A stretch of 30,225 bases of DNA. Source: Oligoflexia bacterium. Its GTDB lineage: Bacteria; Bdellovibrionota_C; UBA2361; SZUA-149; DAOLCO01. Position 1 is the first letter of the stretch; the number at the start of each line of letters is the position of its first letter. Shown piece after piece: positions 25,635-30,225 of the stretch. The stretch is taken from positions 1-30,225 of the forward strand of contig DAOLCO010000014.1 in assembly GCA_035327825.1 (NCBI GenBank), in the 5' to 3' direction. The notes below the pieces were generated by a model, which was not told where the DNA came from, searched no databases, and worked only from the letters and a program-made list of their open reading frames with translations. The translations under genes and the position numbers were made by a program.

Positions 25635-26059
25635 GCTGCAAAAGTTGTTGTGTATGTAATAGGATTAGGAAGATATTTATCAACGCTGGAGACTGATATG
25701 TTGATAGTCCGAGAGCCGTCAGGATTTGTTGTAACAACAGTGGTTCTGTAAAATTCAATGTTTCCTGTTTCTGATGTTACTGGTTCATTGGTTTCGTTAT
25801 AAGAGTTGTTTAGTTGATCTATAAAAACACCGGCCAGAGATTCGGCTTTGCTTATGGCTATGTTCATAGCCACATTTCCGAGTTCAACCTGTTTTTGAAA
25901 CCTGGTTGCGGATACTCCTGACCATAGAATATTAAGACCGACCAGGCTCAGGAAGACAAGTCCAACAAGCATTTCAAGCATGCTGGAACCTTTTTCGTCC
26001 ATTAGCTCACTTTGATTAAAAGTTTCTGTTGTGGAAATTTTGTTAATAAGTGGTTTCAC
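25622..26059 (-). CDS. Prepilin-type minor pilin / pseudopilin (PilV/FimT/GspH-like)
   Basis: Class III signal ...DEKG|SSMLEMLVGLVFLSLVGL (G at -1, E at +5). The start is ambiguous between GTG at 26059 (AGGAG 12 nt upstream) and ATG at 26002 (short MDEKG leader). Confidence 0.65.
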   Translation of the reverse strand: MKPLINKISTTETFNQSELMDEKGSSMLEMLVGLVFLSLVGLNILWSGVSATRFQKQVELGNVAMNIAISKAESLAGVFIDQLNNSYNETNEPVTSETGNIEFYRTTVVTTNPDGSRTINISVSSVDKYLPNPITYTTTFAAWES

Positions 26060-26396
26060 AAAAGCAGATTGCTCCTAAAGTTTCTACAAGGAGCTGAATC
26101 GTCCCTTTTTGAAGCTTTCTTTACTAATGGGTGTGCTTCTAAGAATTTTTTTGGCTTTAAATAGTGATAATTATTAGTAAGTGAGCTTAACTATCTGATA
26201 ATTATTGAAAAATTGCCTTTCCGGAGTTTTTTAACTGATTCTTGTCTATCATTAATTTCGACTTTCAAGTTTTTCCCTACGGACCTGAGTACTGACTTTC
26301 GAAACGCACAAGCTTACTGAGTATCCCGCGACCCAGAAAGAAAATAGGTTCAACCCTCTGTCTCCCCTGGAATGATGGGCTTAATGAGATTTTTGG

Positions 26397-26605
26397 TATA
26401 TAGTGAACGTGATTAGAATTTCCGTATTTGAAGAATCTGTCGTCGCGTTCACTATATTGTGCGCCCAGAGGGTGCACCAGATACAAATATACCCCACATA
26501 AGATAAGCTGAGGGCCGTTAGGCCCTTCAAGAAAGGAAACATAAGGGTTGGACGACATTTCTTGACACCCTCCGGGTGACTGATATCTGGAACGTTCACT
26601 ATACA
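26397..26605. mobile_element. Putative MITE-like element: 12-bp terminal inverted repeats ATATAGTGAACG / CGTTCACTATAC with TA flanks, plus an internal extra copy of the right repeat
   Basis: Left repeat 26398..26409, right repeat 26593..26603 (11/12 match), and an internal copy at 26446..26457 (12/12) forming a 12-bp-stem hairpin with the left repeat. TA dinucleotides abut both ends, as with IS630/Tc1-type target duplication. No transposase is encoded. Confidence 0.35.
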
Positions 26606-26630
26606 TTAATCTGGTTCACCTCTGGCTCAC

Positions 26631-26678
26631 ATACCCCAATTTAATTTTCCTAACGGAAAATTAAATCCCGTGGGGTAT
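26631..26678. other. 48-nt extended hairpin (8-bp + 12-bp stems with a 4-nt bulge and a TAAC loop)
   Basis: ATACCCCA-ATTTAATTTTCC-taac-GGAAAATTAAAT-cccg-TGGGGTAT. It lies about 110 nt downstream of the truncated SPFH fragment on the minus strand. Confidence 0.5.
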
Positions 26679-26786
26679 AAATAGTTATAAAGATGAATAG
26701 AGAACGGTAGTCGTCAAGAACCAAATATTAAAAAGGGAGTAAGCTAACTGACTTATTAATAGAATCCTTAAAGTTAATAGTTTTCT

Positions 26787-27074
26787 TTATTTTCTTGTGG
26801 CTATGTCAATTATTCTTGATCTTAGCTGATCTTCCCTTAGCATGCTCCAGCCAGAAATTTTGTCATCAAGGTTGATTCGTTCCATTTTATCTATAAATGG
26901 AACTATAATTACTAACCCTGGGCCAAGCACATTTTTAAGTCGACCAAGTCTGAAAATCACACCTCTTTCATTTTTAGCAAGCATTTTTATGGATTTTGAT
27001 GCCATAAATGAAAATGCGAGAAGAAGCACAATCGGGAAAAAAATTAGCACGGCAGACATTAAATAATTCTCCAA
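26787..27074 (-). pseudogene. 5' fragment (95 codons) of an SPFH/band-7 (stomatin/HflK/C-like) gene; the rest of the domain is missing
   Basis: N-terminal TM, then NERGVIFRLGRLKNVLGPGLVIIVPFIDKMERINL, matching the conserved start of the SPFH domain (E-R-A/G-V-x-F-R-L-G-R...GPGL...PFID). The sequence then diverges and stops. Full-length family members run about 250-320 aa. Confidence 0.5.
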
Positions 27075-27162
27075 ATAGAATTTAGAATTTTCGGGTTTGC
27101 AGTTATATCTTATAGTTAGTAGTGTTAATGTTCAATATAAAAGATATAGGGCTAGAAAACAT

Positions 27163-27729
27163 ATGAAAAATTCAGGTAATTGCACCTTTTTTGTTAAGCG
27201 TTGTTTCTCTTGTGTTGTAAGTTTGTTTGTTTTTACTGCTTTTTTTGTTTTTTCTTCTTTGCCTTACGTGCAGGCAGAGGATTCGGTAAGTGGGATTTAT
27301 CGTTATCAGAAGAACAAGCTTGATCTATCTTTTGGCTGTGCGATTTTGTTACCTGGAAGTGTTTCTTCTGAAGCTGGCGCAAAATATGTTGTTACTTTAA
27401 GTGATAAGTCTTTTGATTGTAAAAAGGCCATTTCTGCATCTGATCCAAAGCAGGCAGTTGGTGATATTCTGATGGAACTTGATCAGGGAAGTGTTGAATT
27501 TGTGGTGAATTCCAGCTCGGAAATAGAGAATAATACGATATTTTTTCAGACCTGGTCACCGCTTGATAGCCTTAGTCTTCAGGGAGTTTATGAAACAAAG
27601 GTTTCTGTATCTGCAGATGGCAGCAGAATTAAGGGTAAATTCAGCAGTGGTGGGGTTAAAACAATTCAAATGGCCACTGAACGCGAGATTGAGGTTGATT
27701 TAAGCTTTGATTTGGGGATTTTGAAATAG
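27163..27729 (+). CDS. Secreted hypothetical protein (signal peptide; beta-rich)
   Basis: The frame is open from 27097, but ATG at 27163 yields a canonical signal peptide MKNSGNCTFFVKRCFSCVVSLFVFTAFFVFSSLPYVQA|EDS. No family recognised. Confidence 0.55.
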   Translation: MKNSGNCTFFVKRCFSCVVSLFVFTAFFVFSSLPYVQAEDSVSGIYRYQKNKLDLSFGCAILLPGSVSSEAGAKYVVTLSDKSFDCKKAISASDPKQAVGDILMELDQGSVEFVVNSSSEIENNTIFFQTWSPLDSLSLQGVYETKVSVSADGSRIKGKFSSGGVKTIQMATEREIEVDLSFDLGILK

Positions 27730-27864
27730 ACCCGACTGTCATAGGGCCGATATCTTGATGGTTGTGGTTAATTAGCACATAACTACTAGTGATTTTCCCT
27801 GTATAGATAATGATACGTTAGTGTGCTAACTCTTTTGTAGTTGAACCATGCTGGAGGGTAATCT

Positions 27865-28605
27865 ATGAATCACATCAGAGTAGGGCAGCCAAAGAGAAGT
27901 AAAATATTGTTTGTAGTTGGTGGTTTTTTAATTTTATTCAGCTTGGTATTTATCTCGGTCGGTTATTTTTCTCTAAAGAATGAATCGGAGTATGCTGCAA
28001 ACGGTGAGACTGTTGATGGAACAGTTCTTTCCAGGACAGTTGAAGAGAGGTGGAGTACTGATTCTTCAACAAAGCGCCAGACTAAAACTACTTATTACAA
28101 TATTTCTTATAATTTCATTGCTCCTGACGGAAGAGAGATTGAATCTACCAGTGGTGTGTCCCGATCGGTTTACGAAAGTGCTCAAGAGGGTGCTCCGATT
28201 ACTATTCAGTATTTAAAGCAAGATCCAGATACAAATCGTGTTTATCAGGAACCTGATTATATCTTTGGGTCGGCGTTTTGTGCATTTGGGTTGTTAACTA
28301 TTCTTGCTGGCCTTGGGACTCTCTGGTTTGAGATAAAGACTCGTGCGTTCACTGCTCGTCTGATGCGGGATGGCGTGCGTGTTGATGCTGTAGTGGAATC
28401 GGTTGCGCCTGGAAATCTTAGCATTAATAATGTCCAGCAATGGCAAATTGAATATTCATACACGGATCTCAAGGGAGTAAAGCGTATCTGCAAGAGCAGC
28501 CATGTTCCTCCTCAAGTTGCCGGTGAATGGAACCCCGGAGACAAAGGCGCCATTAGATATGATAAGGATAACTCTGAAAAGAGTATTTGGATTGGACGTG
28601 TGTGA
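27865..28605 (+). CDS. DUF3592-like membrane protein (two tandem TM + beta-domain modules)
   Basis: Strong SD (GGAGGG). It has two repeats of TM helix + G-x-V-x-G-x-V-type domain (TM1 ILFVVGGFLILFSLVFISVGYF then GETVDGTVLSR...; TM2 FGSAFCAFGLLTILAGLGTLWF then DGVRVDAVVESV...), the architecture I associate with DUF3592. Not verified. Confidence 0.55.
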   Translation: MNHIRVGQPKRSKILFVVGGFLILFSLVFISVGYFSLKNESEYAANGETVDGTVLSRTVEERWSTDSSTKRQTKTTYYNISYNFIAPDGREIESTSGVSRSVYESAQEGAPITIQYLKQDPDTNRVYQEPDYIFGSAFCAFGLLTILAGLGTLWFEIKTRAFTARLMRDGVRVDAVVESVAPGNLSINNVQQWQIEYSYTDLKGVKRICKSSHVPPQVAGEWNPGDKGAIRYDKDNSEKSIWIGRV

Positions 28606-28621
28606 AAAACGGGGTAGTAGG

Positions 28622-29764
28622 CTAGTCTCTCCTAAGCAATTCCTTGTAAATTTTAAGAGTTTCACTAATCACGATCTCCTCGTCAAATTCTCTTAGTACT
28701 TTCTTTCTTGCGTTCTTCCCCATTTCATTTCTCATTTGTGGATTGTCAATAAGTTTTTGTATGGCGCATTCTAATGCATCAATATCTTGTGAAGGAACAA
28801 GAAATCCGTTTATTTTATCTTCAATAATTTCTCTACAACCTGGAACATCGGTAGCTATAAGAGGGAGTCCACAGGCACCGGCTTCTATAAGGCTTCTTGG
28901 CACACCTTCTCCGTATGTTGTTGGTAAAATAAAAATATCAACGCTCCTTAAAAGCTCAGGCATATCATCTACCTGCCCAAGAACCTGAATAGCGCCATCA
29001 TTTTTCCATTCTTCAATCGACTTGGTATCAATAGCTCTTGGATTTCCTTTATCTGGGACTCCTGCAAGCATAAACAGAGCTACTTTACCAGCAGCTTTCA
29101 TGCTATACGCAACCTCAACAAACTCCCCAATCCCCTTATCCCAGAGGAGCCGTGCAGCAAGGAGAATTTTTATTTTCTGATCAGCATGATTCTTTCTCTC
29201 AGAAGGATAAAATTTCTTAACATTAACTCCAGAACCTTTAATCACCCGAATCTTATCCCTCTGTAACACCCCGGACGAACCAAATGCTTTTTCATCGTCT
29301 GTATTTTGAAGTATCAGAAGTGATCTCTTGTCATTCAGAACCCAACTGAGAAGTATTTTTACTACAGGCCGTAACATCCTTGCCTTTACTGCATCTGAAA
29401 TAAATACGTACCCCAAGCCCGCAACCGCATTAACTCGTCCCTTTACCCCTGCAAGCTTAGCAGCAATTGAACCAAGGATGACACACTTGATGGTAAAGTG
29501 ATGAACCAGTACTGGCTTTTCTCTTTTATATAAATTCCTCAAATACCATATCAGCTTGAGTTCTCTTAAAGGATTCAGACTTTTCCTCTCCATAGGCACT
29601 GCCTCCCACAGAAAGCCCTCATCCTGTAAGCGTTTAGCATATTCATCAGCAGGAGAAATCAAAAGAAGATCATACCCTGCATCTCTAAGTGCTCTTGCCA
29701 GAGATAATCTGAAATTAAAGAGATACCAGGCAGTATTTGCAAATAGGATTATTTTTTTATTCAT
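28622..29764 (-). CDS. Glycosyltransferase family 4 (GT-B; WcaI-like)
   Basis: N-terminal KIILFANTAWYLFNFRLSLARAL (typical GT4 start) and the C-terminal EGVPRSLIEAGACGLPLIATDVPGCREIIEDKINGFLV sugar-donor-binding motif. 380 aa. Confidence 0.85.
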   Translation of the reverse strand: MNKKIILFANTAWYLFNFRLSLARALRDAGYDLLLISPADEYAKRLQDEGFLWEAVPMERKSLNPLRELKLIWYLRNLYKREKPVLVHHFTIKCVILGSIAAKLAGVKGRVNAVAGLGYVFISDAVKARMLRPVVKILLSWVLNDKRSLLILQNTDDEKAFGSSGVLQRDKIRVIKGSGVNVKKFYPSERKNHADQKIKILLAARLLWDKGIGEFVEVAYSMKAAGKVALFMLAGVPDKGNPRAIDTKSIEEWKNDGAIQVLGQVDDMPELLRSVDIFILPTTYGEGVPRSLIEAGACGLPLIATDVPGCREIIEDKINGFLVPSQDIDALECAIQKLIDNPQMRNEMGKNARKKVLREFDEEIVISETLKIYKELLRRD

Positions 29765-29939
29765 TTTTTAGCCGCAGATGAACGTAGATGAATCCGGATA
29801 AAAGAAAACTGAAGAAATCACTCAGCCCCACAGAAACCACCAAATCGCTAATGACCCATTCCCGACAATGCTCAAAGGTTCTGTTGAGTGGTGTATTGGT
29901 TTCGGGTGGAAAATTATCTGTTAGGAAGAAAATGTGCAT

Positions 29940-30224
29940 TTAGTTAGTTTTAATCAAAAGATTAATACCTTTTTCTGTTAGGCGGTATTTTTGTAAAGGA
30001 CTCTGAGGTTTTTCAGGTAAAGTCATTTCAATTAAACCCTCTTTCAGTGCTGGTTTAAGATATGCACTATGAATATGTGATTTGTCCTTTAAGGAAAGTA
30101 ATTTTCTTATTTCAAAGCTACTTAAATTCCCTTCATTTTTTATGAGAGTTAAAAGATATAAAACCTGAGCGGTGACTGTAGGGGTGACTGTAGGGGTGAC
30201 TGTAGGGGTGACTGTAGGGGTGAC
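29940..30224 (-). CDS. 3' end (last 94 codons) of a gene continuing beyond the window: (TPTV)4-5 linker followed by a C-terminal winged-helix-like domain
   Basis: Minus-strand frame read from the window edge: VTPTVTPTVTPTVTPTVTAQVLYLLTLIKNEGNLSSFEIRKLLSLKDKSHIHSAYLKPALKEGLIEMTLPEKPQSPLQKYRLTEKGINLLIKTN*. The ...IEMT.P.KP.S..QKYRLTEKG... tail resembles the C-terminal wHTH seen on Fic-family and AlbA_2/Schlafen-type ATPase proteins in Bacteroidota-like genomes. The start lies outside the window. Confidence 0.55.
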   Translation of the reverse strand, partial: VTPTVTPTVTPTVTPTVTAQVLYLLTLIKNEGNLSSFEIRKLLSLKDKSHIHSAYLKPALKEGLIEMTLPEKPQSPLQKYRLTEKGINLLIKTN

Positions 30225-30225
30225 T
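30169..30225. repeat. Tandem 12-nt repeat (GGGGTGACTGTA)n, at least 4.75 copies, truncated by the window end
   Basis: A degenerate first copy GCGGTGACTGTA at 30169, three perfect copies, then a partial fifth. In frame within the partial minus-strand CDS it encodes (TPTV)n. Confidence 0.9.

Noticed and set aside
26277-26606. 109-aa and 72-aa overlapping minus-strand ORFs in the 26.3-26.6 kb region
   Set aside because: Two overlapping frames, no start context, and no recognisable family. The DNA is full of inverted and direct repeats (the MITE-like element), so a non-coding structured region is more likely.
26277-26700. Possible structured RNA gene (RNase P RNA, tmRNA, SRP RNA) or tRNA in the non-coding stretch. 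A GGTTCAACCC at about 26358 looked T-arm-like.
   Set aside because: None of the universal motifs is present on either strand: GGAAAGTCCGG or ACAGAA(A/C)CCGGCTTA for RNase P, the tmRNA 3' end GGTTCGA.TCC...CCA, the SRP GGAAGCAGCCA motif, or a cloverleaf-compatible acceptor/T-stem pairing. A novel sRNA cannot be excluded from sequence alone.
30169-30225. Tandem repeat at the window edge considered as a CRISPR array
   Set aside because: The unit is only 12 nt, the copies are contiguous with no spacers, and the array sits in frame inside a coding region (TPTV linker). It is a simple in-frame microsatellite, not a CRISPR array.

Overview
This 30.2 kb window looks like it comes from a low-GC (about 40%) diderm bacterium. 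I read it as a mosaic of cell-envelope genes with one repeat-bracketed accessory segment in the middle.

The left third is envelope housekeeping. It carries a polysaccharide pyruvyl-transferase-like gene plus a small membrane protein on the minus strand. It also carries a four-gene ABC-2 exporter module on the plus strand (ATPase, permease, GldG-like auxiliary protein, DUF4340-like protein), a class A penicillin-binding protein (PBP1A), a membrane-anchored von Willebrand factor A (vWA, MIDAS motif) protein and a coiled-coil protein.

From about 12.75 to 20.12 kb, three copies of a dispersed intergenic repeat family bracket three unusual genes. The repeat core is the hairpin GGGCYTGTTTCAMAACAGGCCCC. 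Two of the copies also carry a conserved 70-nt block that starts GGCTTTTTTAAAAATCA. The three genes are a secreted HEAT-repeat-like protein, a 594-aa protein of unknown function, and a 967-aa HTH(XRE)-NACHT STAND NTPase. I consider the NTPase, its 594-aa downstream partner and the repeat framing the most likely undescribed system here, either antiviral or signal-transducing.

The right third contains a WecA/MraY-family sugar-phosphate transferase and a Gfo/Idh/MocA oxidoreductase. These are followed by a three-gene operon of prepilin-type minor pilins (PilV/FimT-like, PilW-like, PilX_N-like) with no major pilin or assembly ATPase nearby. Next is a decayed region: a 5' fragment of an SPFH/stomatin gene, then about 500 bp of structured non-coding DNA that includes a MITE-like element with 12-bp terminal inverted repeats and TA flanks. 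The window then has a secreted protein, a DUF3592-like protein and a GT4 glycosyltransferase. It ends in a partial gene whose C-terminal winged helix is preceded by a (GGGGTGACTGTA)n tandem repeat, encoding a (TPTV)n linker, that runs off the window edge.

I found no rRNA, tRNA or CRISPR array. All family assignments are motif-level readings of the translations and need HMM or structure confirmation.
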